A stretch of 64,000 nucleotides of DNA from Candidatus Omnitrophota bacterium. Its GTDB lineage: Bacteria > Omnitrophota > Gorgyraeia > JACQQV01. Numbering within the stretch: the first letter of the stretch is position 1; every line of letters starts with the position of its first letter. Where the stretch lies: assembly GCA_016206785.1 (NCBI GenBank), contig JACQQV010000012.1, positions 9,176 through 73,175 of the forward strand. Reading direction: 5' to 3'. The position numbers and the translations under genes are program-made. The notes below the pieces were generated by a model. The model saw only the letters and a program-made list of their open reading frames with translations, was not told where the DNA came from and made no database searches. This document shows, one piece after another, positions 8,923 to 16,239 of the stretch.

Positions 8923-9366
8923 CTAATCCAGATATGGTGCCAGCTTCATCCAGGTCTTTTTGCCGACGACCCCATCGGCCTTCAGACCATTTGCCTTCTG
9001 GAAAGCCTTGACGGCCTCTTTCGTTTTGGGTCCCATTTTGCCATCAATTGGGCCTTTGTAAAATCCGGCAGACTTCAAGGCGGTTTGGATCTGCTTAATT
9101 GATAGCGGCTGCGCGCTCGTTTCTCTACTTTCCTTCTTTTGTCTATCAGACCTCCGAGGGATTTCACGTCTCCTCTCTAATTTATCTTCCAGCCTTTCAA
9201 TTTCTTGATCCTTTCTATCTGACTCTGCCTCAAGAAGGCTAATATGTTGTTTCAACGCTGCTACTTGAGACTCCTGCTTCCTGTGGGGAGTCGCACACCC
9301 TCCTACAAGAAGGGTCAAAAGGATACTCACGACGACATTCCAAGCCAACCTTACGACTCCAGTCAT
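8923..9366 (-). CDS. lipoprotein with coiled coil and PG_binding_1 domain
   Basis: LVGGC lipobox; IQTALKSAGFYKGPIDGKMGPKTKEAVKAFQKANGLKADGVVGKKTW. Confidence 0.88.
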   Translation of the reverse strand: MTGVVRLAWNVVVSILLTLLVGGCATPHRKQESQVAALKQHISLLEAESDRKDQEIERLEDKLERRREIPRRSDRQKKESRETSAQPLSIKQIQTALKSAGFYKGPIDGKMGPKTKEAVKAFQKANGLKADGVVGKKTWMKLAPYLD

Positions 9367-10067
9367 TCTTCCAAATACCCCCTCAGTTCTTCCCAGGTTT
9401 TTGGACCTACGACCCCATCGGGAGCAAGACCTTTGGACCGCTGAAAGCCCCTGATGGCCTGTTTTGTTTGCGACCCTACTTTCCCATCAATGTCGCCCGT
9501 GTAAAATCCAGCTCTCTTCAGTGCTGTTTGAATTTTAATGCCCCTGTCTTTGGATTTAAGGCGGTAGCTCATAATTTCATCTTGAAGGTCGCTTTTTTCT
9601 GTCACTTCCCTCGTCTCTGCGATGTATGGTGCACTTTCTAAGGGAGCAAATGGTATCTCTTCTAAAATCGGATCTCCCAATGACGCTGTATCTAACGTGG
9701 ATACCGATTTTCTTCTTTCGTTGACTTGCGCCCATGTTTTAAAGTCCACGATGCCGGTGGACCGGAGTCTTTCCGCCTTTTGAAATTTTCGGATTGCATC
9801 CCTGGTCCTTGGACCCATCTCTCCGTCAATAGGACCAAGTTGGAATCCGATATCTTTCAAGATATTCTGCAATTCTCTAACGTGAGGGTTTCGCCCGGAG
9901 ACATCTCCCAGGACCTTCTCCTCCTCCGAGGCAACCCTTTCCTTAGAGAAAAAGTTGGTCACATGATTCCTTACAGGCTTAACAAACAGTAACGTCAAGA
10001 CGCCTGCAACAACGAGGATGCCTGTTGTCCTTAATAGATAACTTCTTCCAACATCGTTTTCTATCAC
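9363..10067 (-). CDS. membrane-anchored protein with two PG_binding_1 domains
   Basis: N-terminal TM; two LQ..L...GF..G.IDG..G..T..AIR.FQ....L..G.V...TW repeats. Confidence 0.88.
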   Translation of the reverse strand: MIENDVGRSYLLRTTGILVVAGVLTLLFVKPVRNHVTNFFSKERVASEEEKVLGDVSGRNPHVRELQNILKDIGFQLGPIDGEMGPRTRDAIRKFQKAERLRSTGIVDFKTWAQVNERRKSVSTLDTASLGDPILEEIPFAPLESAPYIAETREVTEKSDLQDEIMSYRLKSKDRGIKIQTALKRAGFYTGDIDGKVGSQTKQAIRGFQRSKGLAPDGVVGPKTWEELRGYLEE

Positions 10068-10094
10068 TGCTGAACCCTATTTATAGAAGGGATC

Positions 10095-11057
10095 TTATTC
10101 AACAGGAATAAGTATCTTCTGGCCGGCCTTCAGGTTGTCAGGATTTTTGATTCTAGCCTTGTTCAATTCATAAAGGTATTTCCAACGGTGTCCGCTCCCA
10201 AGCTGTGTTTTAGCGATCTTCGAAAGGGAATCACCGGCTTGGACAGTATATTCTCTTGTTGAAACTTTAACGGCGGACTCGACTTTCTCTTGTCTTTCTT
10301 CGAGATATTTGCCCTCTTCAATCATTTTTATGCCTGTCACGGGGGGCGGCCCTTCATAAGGAAGCATAACATCTTCGACTTCAGCAATCATAAACTGGGC
10401 GTTTCGGTCTTTTTGCATTCCCACCAGGTCGGTAATCGGGGCGATCGCATCAAGTTTTCCCCGGCTGACGATACGGATACGGTCTTCGTCGATACCACGC
10501 TCAATTATAAATTTCTTAACCACTTCCGCGCGGCGCCGACCTAATCTTTCGTTATACGCCTCCGAGCCGCGGATATCGGCGCTTCCGGTAACCAAGATAC
10601 TTGCCTCCGGATTTCCTTTCAGCGCCTTGACCGCATTATTCAAAATAGGAATGTGATCTGTTCTCAAATCTGCTTTGTCAAAGTCAAAATAGATTTTCAC
10701 ATTTTTGATGATTTTCTTGATCAGCAAAGAGGGCCTCAGCTCCTTCGGTTTTGGCGGCGGCAATTCCTCCGCTTTGTAGTCAAAAATAATCTTGAAGACG
10801 TAGACATAGCCTCGATTCCCCCAAGGCCTTATCTTCCCTGGTTGGGTGGGCCACCACCAGTAGCCCCCGCGTTCCCTGTCTTTCACAGGATCTGGTTTGG
10901 CATCTGTCGGCCACCATTCAAAGCGCCTCTGAAGTGCTTCCATTTCCCGTTTTCTTTTTTCCTTGCGAGCTCCTTTATCCGCGGCATGAGAAAGTTGGAG
11001 TGAAGAAAACAGAAAGATCAATAGGATGGAAAAGGTGGTGAATTTTTGTCTACGCAT
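10095..11057 (-). CDS. secreted OmpA-C-like + LysM domain protein with Trp-rich N-terminal segment
   Basis: signal peptide; IYFDFDKADL..GSADIRGSEAYNERLGRRRA (OmpA-like); YTVQAGDSLSKIA..IKNPDNLKAGQKILIP (LysM). Confidence 0.88.
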   Translation of the reverse strand: MRRQKFTTFSILLIFLFSSLQLSHAADKGARKEKRKREMEALQRRFEWWPTDAKPDPVKDRERGGYWWWPTQPGKIRPWGNRGYVYVFKIIFDYKAEELPPPKPKELRPSLLIKKIIKNVKIYFDFDKADLRTDHIPILNNAVKALKGNPEASILVTGSADIRGSEAYNERLGRRRAEVVKKFIIERGIDEDRIRIVSRGKLDAIAPITDLVGMQKDRNAQFMIAEVEDVMLPYEGPPPVTGIKMIEEGKYLEERQEKVESAVKVSTREYTVQAGDSLSKIAKTQLGSGHRWKYLYELNKARIKNPDNLKAGQKILIPVE

Positions 11058-11090
11058 CGTTTTTCGTTTTCATGGCTCATTTCTAATTAA

Positions 11091-11107
11091 AGCAAGTTGT
11101 GTGCCAA
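11091..11107 (-). promoter_or_regulatory. sigma54 (-24/-12) promoter
   Basis: minus strand TTGGCAC-ACAAC-TTGCT matches TGGCAC-N5-TTGC; 34 nt upstream of the OmpA-LysM start and directly downstream of a sigma54 activator gene. Confidence 0.85.
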
Positions 11108-11241
11108 CCCTGATAAAAATAAGAAAGGCTTCTTAACTCATTGTAAGAAGCCATGTTATAGAAAAAGTCGATTTTCTACTGTCTCACAGATAATCTGGTA
11201 TGCTGTAAAAGAATTTGTCTGTCAGACAAGTTTTCTGCCTT

Positions 11242-12663
11242 TTAATCCTCTTGGATATGGACCTCCTTTCTGATACCCAGTTTGTTTATTTTATCTTTTA
11301 ACGTGGGGCGGCTAATTCCTAACAGTTTCGCCGCTTGGGTTTGGTTACCCTGCATCTTCTTCAGCACCTCAATGAGTAAGATTTTCTCGGTCTCTTCAAC
11401 AACGTTTGCATATAGTGAACCTTTCTTAGCGTCAACCTGTTGTCTAACCATTTGACGTAACGCGCTCTGGAACTGGCGCGGCGGTTCCTCTTGTCTGGTA
11501 CGATCTTCTTTCTCAATCGAGACACACTCTGGGAGAAGGGTGCTTCCCTTGCCAAGAAGGATCGCCCTTTTGATGACGTTTTCCAGTTCTCTCACATTCC
11601 CCGGCCAATCATACATCTGTAACGTCTGAAGCGCCTCAGGAGAAATCCTGCGTATCTCCTTCCCAAACTCCCTGTTGTATTTGACCAAGAAGTATTCTAC
11701 AAGCTGAGGGATGTCTTCCTTACGATCCCGTAGCGGCGGAATCATAATCGTCATGGCATTGAGTCTGTAGTATAAGTCTTCTCTGAACTTATTTTCTTTG
11801 ATAAGTGCCTCCAAATCTCTATTGGTCGCGGCAATTAGCCGGACATCGGCCCGAATGGAATTATTCCCGCCTAACCTTTCAAAAGATTTGTCTTCCAAGA
11901 TGCGCAAAACCTTTGCCTGGGTTGCATGGGACATATCCCCAATTTCATCCAAAAAGATTGTGCCACCATGGCACTGCTCCAGTCTCCCGATCCTGCGCTC
12001 TTTCGCATCGGTGAAGGCACCCTTTTCATATCCAAAGAGTTCGCTTTCTAAAAGGGAATCCGGGATCGCTGCTGAATTAATGATCAAAAAGGACTTATCT
12101 TTCCGTTTGGAGTGGTGATAGATCGCCCGGGCGATGAGTTCCTTGCCTGTTCCACTTTCGCCCCTTAAAAGGACAGTGACATCGCTTGCGGTAACACTGC
12201 CAACCAGCTTATACACCTGTTGCATGTTGAAGGAGGATCCGACGATCCTGTCCCCTTTGAAGGGTTCCTTGGGCTCATAGGTAACCTCTGTCCTCATGAT
12301 TCTTCCTACCTCAAGGGCCTCTTCAATTGTCTTTTTAATCTCACGGACATCAAATGGCTTGATCACATAGTCATAGGCACCCAGTCTCATCGCTTCAATC
12401 GCGGTCTCCGTTGTCCCAAAAGCAGTCATCAAAATAACCGGTATTTTATAGTCGATCTCTTTCAGTTTTGTAAATGCGTCCAACCCTGTCATCCCAGGCA
12501 TCCGGATATCCATAATGGTAAGGTCAATCGTCTGGCTTTTAGCGATAGAAAGTGCCTCTTGTGCATGATTGGCGGTAAGAACTTGATATCCGTCTTGTGC
12601 GAGGATCTTCTTGAAGGAAGAAAGCATATTTTTCTCGTCATCGACAACAAGGATTCTATTCAT
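11242..12663 (-). CDS. sigma54-dependent response regulator (NtrC/AtoC family)
   Basis: receiver (VVDDE, MDIRMP), GESGTGKE, GAFTDA, FLDEIGD, WPGNVRELEN, C-terminal Fis HTH. Confidence 0.95.
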   Translation of the reverse strand: MNRILVVDDEKNMLSSFKKILAQDGYQVLTANHAQEALSIAKSQTIDLTIMDIRMPGMTGLDAFTKLKEIDYKIPVILMTAFGTTETAIEAMRLGAYDYVIKPFDVREIKKTIEEALEVGRIMRTEVTYEPKEPFKGDRIVGSSFNMQQVYKLVGSVTASDVTVLLRGESGTGKELIARAIYHHSKRKDKSFLIINSAAIPDSLLESELFGYEKGAFTDAKERRIGRLEQCHGGTIFLDEIGDMSHATQAKVLRILEDKSFERLGGNNSIRADVRLIAATNRDLEALIKENKFREDLYYRLNAMTIMIPPLRDRKEDIPQLVEYFLVKYNREFGKEIRRISPEALQTLQMYDWPGNVRELENVIKRAILLGKGSTLLPECVSIEKEDRTRQEEPPRQFQSALRQMVRQQVDAKKGSLYANVVEETEKILLIEVLKKMQGNQTQAAKLLGISRPTLKDKINKLGIRKEVHIQED

Positions 12664-12674
12664 TCAAAACCTCT

Positions 12675-14015
12675 TTAAGCCAACGTACCACTATCCTTCA
12701 ACGGAATGGGCAATCTCATGTTTAATCGAGTTCCTCCCCCTGCCTCGCTATTTATCGTAATGACCCCTTTATGCATCTGAATAATCCTAGAGGCAATAAA
12801 TAGCCCCAACCCTATCCCAGTCTGTTTGGTGGTAAAGAAGGGCTCAAATAATTTCTTCTTTAGATCAGGAGGTATCCCAACGCCCGTATCTTTGAACTCG
12901 ATGTCTAAAACGCCGGCTGATTTCCTGTCTCCGTTTTTCATGGAGGTGGATATCTCTAATCTTCCGCCATGGGGCATCGCCTCAATGGCATTTAGCAGGA
13001 TGTTTAAAAATGCCTGGCGCATCTGCTCCTTATCTATTTCAACTTCGAGGGAGACGGCTTCCCATCTCTTATGGATTTCGATTTTCTGGGAGGAGACTTT
13101 CGGTGAAAGAAAGTCAACGGTTGACTCTAACACACGGTGGATGTCAACCCTCTGAAGATTTGGCTCAGGAGGGCGCGCAAAATCAAGAAAGTTCTGCACG
13201 ATCTTCTCCATCCTATTTATCTCCTCGTTGATGACAGCCGTATCATCTTTTGCACTTAGATTTTCTTTAAGTTCCTCCTGTAGAGAATGGACTCTCATTT
13301 TAATGGCTGACAAGGGATTCCTGATCTCATGGGCAATCGTGGCAGAGAGTTGCCCCAAAGAGGCCATCTTGGCAGATTGGACCAGTTGTTCTCCGACCTT
13401 GCGCGCAATCAAAAACCCCATGACTAAACCGAGACAGAGGGTAATGAGAATGGTTACCCAAATCAGGGAGGTCATTTTGATCGCATTCCTTCGGGAAGAG
13501 GCCTCGGCCTTGACGATCAGCGATTCATTTGTGAGGATGAGGTCCTCACATTTTTGATAGAGCGCGTCAATGCTATTTTTCATGTCATTCAGGAGAATCC
13601 CTTTGGCTTCTGTTACATTGCCTCCTTGGTATAACCCAATGGCCCTGTTTCTCTGGTTATCATATACTTTATATAAGGCACGGATATCTTGGAGGATCCT
13701 TTTTTCCTCAGGGGTCAAGGCCACCTCTTGAGCGTTTTTAAACCAGATGTCAAAGTCCCTTTTCTTTTCCTCAAGCGTTCTAAGCCATTCTGGATTCCCA
13801 TCTAAAATATAACTTGATACCATCCCTTTTTGATTGAGTAAAGCCAGTTCCAATTCCTCGGCTGCTTTTAAGCTTGAGACATTCTCCTTCATAATGGATC
13901 GGGAGACATTCTGGAGATTTTTTGTTGTGATAAAGGTAAAATATCCAACTAAAATTAACAGGAATGCCATCACGGCGAGGCCACCGATGATCCTGTGGCT
14001 AAATGCGACTTTCAT
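12675..14015 (-). CDS. membrane sensor histidine kinase
   Basis: two TMs flanking a four-helix-bundle-like domain; AHEIRNPL, NILLNAIEAM, DTGVGI, FEPFFTTK, GIGLGL. Confidence 0.93.
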   Translation of the reverse strand: MKVAFSHRIIGGLAVMAFLLILVGYFTFITTKNLQNVSRSIMKENVSSLKAAEELELALLNQKGMVSSYILDGNPEWLRTLEEKKRDFDIWFKNAQEVALTPEEKRILQDIRALYKVYDNQRNRAIGLYQGGNVTEAKGILLNDMKNSIDALYQKCEDLILTNESLIVKAEASSRRNAIKMTSLIWVTILITLCLGLVMGFLIARKVGEQLVQSAKMASLGQLSATIAHEIRNPLSAIKMRVHSLQEELKENLSAKDDTAVINEEINRMEKIVQNFLDFARPPEPNLQRVDIHRVLESTVDFLSPKVSSQKIEIHKRWEAVSLEVEIDKEQMRQAFLNILLNAIEAMPHGGRLEISTSMKNGDRKSAGVLDIEFKDTGVGIPPDLKKKLFEPFFTTKQTGIGLGLFIASRIIQMHKGVITINSEAGGGTRLNMRLPIPLKDSGTLA

Positions 14016-14149
14016 GATTCTTTGTTTTGGCCTCCTTTACTTTTTCCTTCTTTGCGCCTGCTCACAACAATCGCGTAAATGAAGAAGAAAATAACTGCTC
14101 CCAAAAGAATGTAAACAGGCCAATCTTTCTCCAGGTTCAACGAGATCAT
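14012..14149 (-). CDS. small single-pass membrane protein (45 aa), translationally coupled to the kinase
   Basis: Not in ORF track: MISLNLEKDWPVYILLGAVIFFFIYAIVVSRRKEGKSKGGQNKES; ATGA overlap with kinase start. Confidence 0.7.
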   Translation of the reverse strand: MISLNLEKDWPVYILLGAVIFFFIYAIVVSRRKEGKSKGGQNKES

Positions 14150-14165
14150 AAACGTTTTCCCTATT

Positions 14166-14199
14166 AAAAAGCCGCCATCTGACAGAGTCAGATGGCGGC
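14166..14199 (-). terminator. intrinsic terminator forming the expression platform of riboswitch copy B
   Basis: minus strand GCCGCCATCTGAC-TCT-GTCAGATGGCGGC-TTTTT. Confidence 0.85.
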
Positions 14200-14247
14200 C
14201 CGACCATCTCGGTCTCCTCCAGAGGCGGAAAATCCGTCTCCGGACCC
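14190..14247 (-). ncRNA. riboswitch-like aptamer, nhaA-I-like (Li+/Na+-sensing class), copy B
   Basis: minus strand GGGT-[CCGGAGACGGA..TCCGCCTCTGG]-AGG-N6-[AGATGG-TCGGGCCG-CCATCT]. Confidence 0.7.
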
Positions 14248-14267
14248 TTTGATCAATTATCTATTCC

Positions 14268-14296
14268 AAGATACCACTCTTCTTGAGAAATCGCAA
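14268..14296 (-). promoter_or_regulatory. sigma70-type promoter for riboswitch B / two-component operon
   Basis: TTGCGA-17 nt-TATCTT with TG extended -10. Confidence 0.55.
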
Positions 14297-14339
14297 AGAA
14301 AAATTTCAAAGGATATTACGGCAGAACTGGAGAGATGCC

Positions 14340-14624
14340 TTACTCCTTAGGATGAATTTCTGCTATGAGTTCCTCATAAATGGTCTTGCGAGGACCCACG
14401 CCTACTACTACGACCGTAATCACCTGGCGCTCGATTCGATAAACAATCCGAAAGCGTCTGGCACGAAAAGAATAGAGTCCCGCAAGCTCATCACGCAGGA
14501 GTTTTCCGATTGATGGGTCTCTGCGGATATCCTCTAGGGCTCCGCGAATGTAACGCTTAGTCTGTGGCGGGAAGGTGCGAAGCGCAGCTTCTACTTTTGG
14601 CGTAACGACAAGACGCCACGTCAC
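14340..14624 (-). CDS. RelE/ParE family toxin
   Basis: DPSIGKLLRDELAGLYSFRARRFRIVYRI..VVVVGVGPRKTIY; overlaps antitoxin stop. Confidence 0.88.
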   Translation of the reverse strand: MTWRLVVTPKVEAALRTFPPQTKRYIRGALEDIRRDPSIGKLLRDELAGLYSFRARRFRIVYRIERQVITVVVVGVGPRKTIYEELIAEIHPKE

Positions 14625-14896
14625 ATACGGCCCCAGCGAATTTTCTCCAGAGGAATTCCCTTACCCCCCCGACGAAAATACCGAAGGGAAGAGCGTATCT
14701 GGGCCATTAGTTTGGGGTCTTGTTTAATCGCGAGTGTTTCTGCAATGGACTCCCATTCATCATAAGAGACCAAGACCGCAGCAGGTTTTCCCTTGGCGGT
14801 AATGACCACTTCATCTCCTAAGCGATTCACCCGGCGCACCGCCTCCAAGGCATGGGTCCGAAACTCGGTTACCGGCACGACATTCAATAGTTTCAT
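14621..14896 (-). CDS. Phd/YefM family antitoxin
   Basis: VPVTEFR..VVITAKGKPAAVLVSYDEWESIAETL. Confidence 0.9.
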   Translation of the reverse strand: MKLLNVVPVTEFRTHALEAVRRVNRLGDEVVITAKGKPAAVLVSYDEWESIAETLAIKQDPKLMAQIRSSLRYFRRGGKGIPLEKIRWGRM

Positions 14897-14914
14897 CAGG
14901 AACCTCCAAAAGGA

Positions 14915-14943
14915 AGTGTAGCATAAAAATGAGCATTTGTCAA
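14915..14943 (-). promoter_or_regulatory. sigma70 promoter of the TA operon
   Basis: TTGACA-17 nt-TACACT. Confidence 0.7.
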
Positions 14944-14969
14944 TGGCTGTCCCGCTTGGACGTTATATG

Positions 14970-15989
14970 TTAGCTCTCTTTCAAGCGATAGATCGTGGGG
15001 CGGGTAGACGAAGCGATCACAACGCCGTTCTTCACCAAAGGTTGAAGGATCTTGTAGACCTGTGCCCGTTTCACCCCCATGAGACGTTCGAGTTCCTTCA
15101 CGGTGAAGCCCGGCCTTTCCCTTAACTCAAGCAGAAGCCTCTCTTGTTTCCGTGTGAGCACGATGCGCTTGGGCAATCTGGGCAGCGCCAGTTCTGAAAG
15201 GCGCTGTTGGGTCCGTTCAAGGGTCGTCTGAATGGCAAACGCACAATACTCCAGCCAGGAGGTTAAATCTCCTTTTTCTTTCCGAACCTGTTGGATTGCT
15301 TCATAATAGCCTTCGTGATCCTCTTTAAAAAACTGGTCCACCGCAAAAAGATGTTGTGTATCAAATCCACGGCGATACAGAATCCAAGTTGCCAGGGCGC
15401 GGGCCGCTCGACCATTCCCATCCAAAAAAGGGTGGATGCGTGCCAATTCATAGTGAGCACAGGCAGAGACGATAATGGGATGAACCTGTCTGCCCTCCTT
15501 CTCCAGCCAGTTTAGAAGTGCTTGCGTGAGTGGGTGTGCTTCCTTGGGGGGCGGAGGGGTACAGATCACTTTCCCTTTTGACATGATGACGTTCTGCCTC
15601 TTTTTATAACGGCCCGCTTGATCTTTGGGTAACAATCCAGAGGTCAGCAGTTTGTGGAGACGAAGAAGGTTTGATTCTGTAATTGGCGTTTCGGGGGACA
15701 CTCGTGCAATCCACCGAAGGCTGGTCAGATAGTTCAAAACCTCGCGCTTGGCCTCAACTTCTGCCGAAACTGGTTTTCCTCGCACCAAGGCTTCGACTTC
15801 AGGAAGTGTTAAGGGATTTCCTTCAATCGCTGTCGAGAAGTGGGCGCGTTTGATCATCGCCTCAAGGCGGACCTTCTCAAGCCACGCGACCTCTACAGGG
15901 GCCCTTGTAATTTGAACCTTAAGGGCCTCTGCCTCTGCCATGAGGATTGAAAGACGATTGGTGATATGGTAGTGAGGATGATAAGACAT
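14970..15989 (-). CDS. Fic family protein (class II-like) with C-terminal HTH
   Basis: HPFLDGNGRAAR catalytic motif; N-terminal inhibitory STAIEGN. Confidence 0.92.
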   Translation of the reverse strand: MSYHPHYHITNRLSILMAEAEALKVQITRAPVEVAWLEKVRLEAMIKRAHFSTAIEGNPLTLPEVEALVRGKPVSAEVEAKREVLNYLTSLRWIARVSPETPITESNLLRLHKLLTSGLLPKDQAGRYKKRQNVIMSKGKVICTPPPPKEAHPLTQALLNWLEKEGRQVHPIIVSACAHYELARIHPFLDGNGRAARALATWILYRRGFDTQHLFAVDQFFKEDHEGYYEAIQQVRKEKGDLTSWLEYCAFAIQTTLERTQQRLSELALPRLPKRIVLTRKQERLLLELRERPGFTVKELERLMGVKRAQVYKILQPLVKNGVVIASSTRPTIYRLKES

Positions 15990-16021
15990 GCTCTCCCTTT
16001 TGGATTTTAGTGTCTCATTAG

Positions 16022-16050
16022 AGTCTACTTACTGTCTCGGCGGGTGTCAA
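16022..16050 (-). promoter_or_regulatory. sigma70 promoter of the fic gene
   Basis: TTGACA-17 nt-TAGACT. Confidence 0.65.
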
Positions 16051-16064
16051 GGACTTTTCGAGGT

Positions 16065-16138
16065 TGGCTGCCCCGTTTGGACTCGAACCAAAACTAACAG
16101 ATCCAGAGTCTGTCGTGCTACCATTACACTACGGGGCA
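16065..16138 (-). tRNA. tRNA-Gln(CTG)
   Basis: TGCCCCGTAGTGTAATGGTAGCACGACAGA-CTCTGGA-TCTGTTAGTTTTGGTTCGAGTCCAAACGGGGCAGCCA: cloverleaf, TTCGA T-loop, CCA end. Confidence 0.97.
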
Positions 16139-16180
16139 TCGTTTCGTACATCGTCGTTCGTACTTCGTACATTGTATCCC

Positions 16181-16239
16181 AGGGACGTTTTCCGATGCGG
16201 AACCGACTCGTCCCTAGGGACGAGTCGGAAAACGTCCCT
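16181..16239. repeat. nested palindromic (REP-like) element
   Basis: perfect 26-bp palindrome ccgactcgtccctagggacgagtcgg (16203-16228) plus outer 15-bp IR agggacgttttccga/tcggaaaacgtccct. Confidence 0.75.

Noticed and set aside
8423-14209. 22-nt direct repeat as att sites or a CRISPR repeat
   Set aside because: Only two copies, each embedded in promoter-aptamer-terminator context with a sequence-divergent but paired P1; no spacers, cas or integrase
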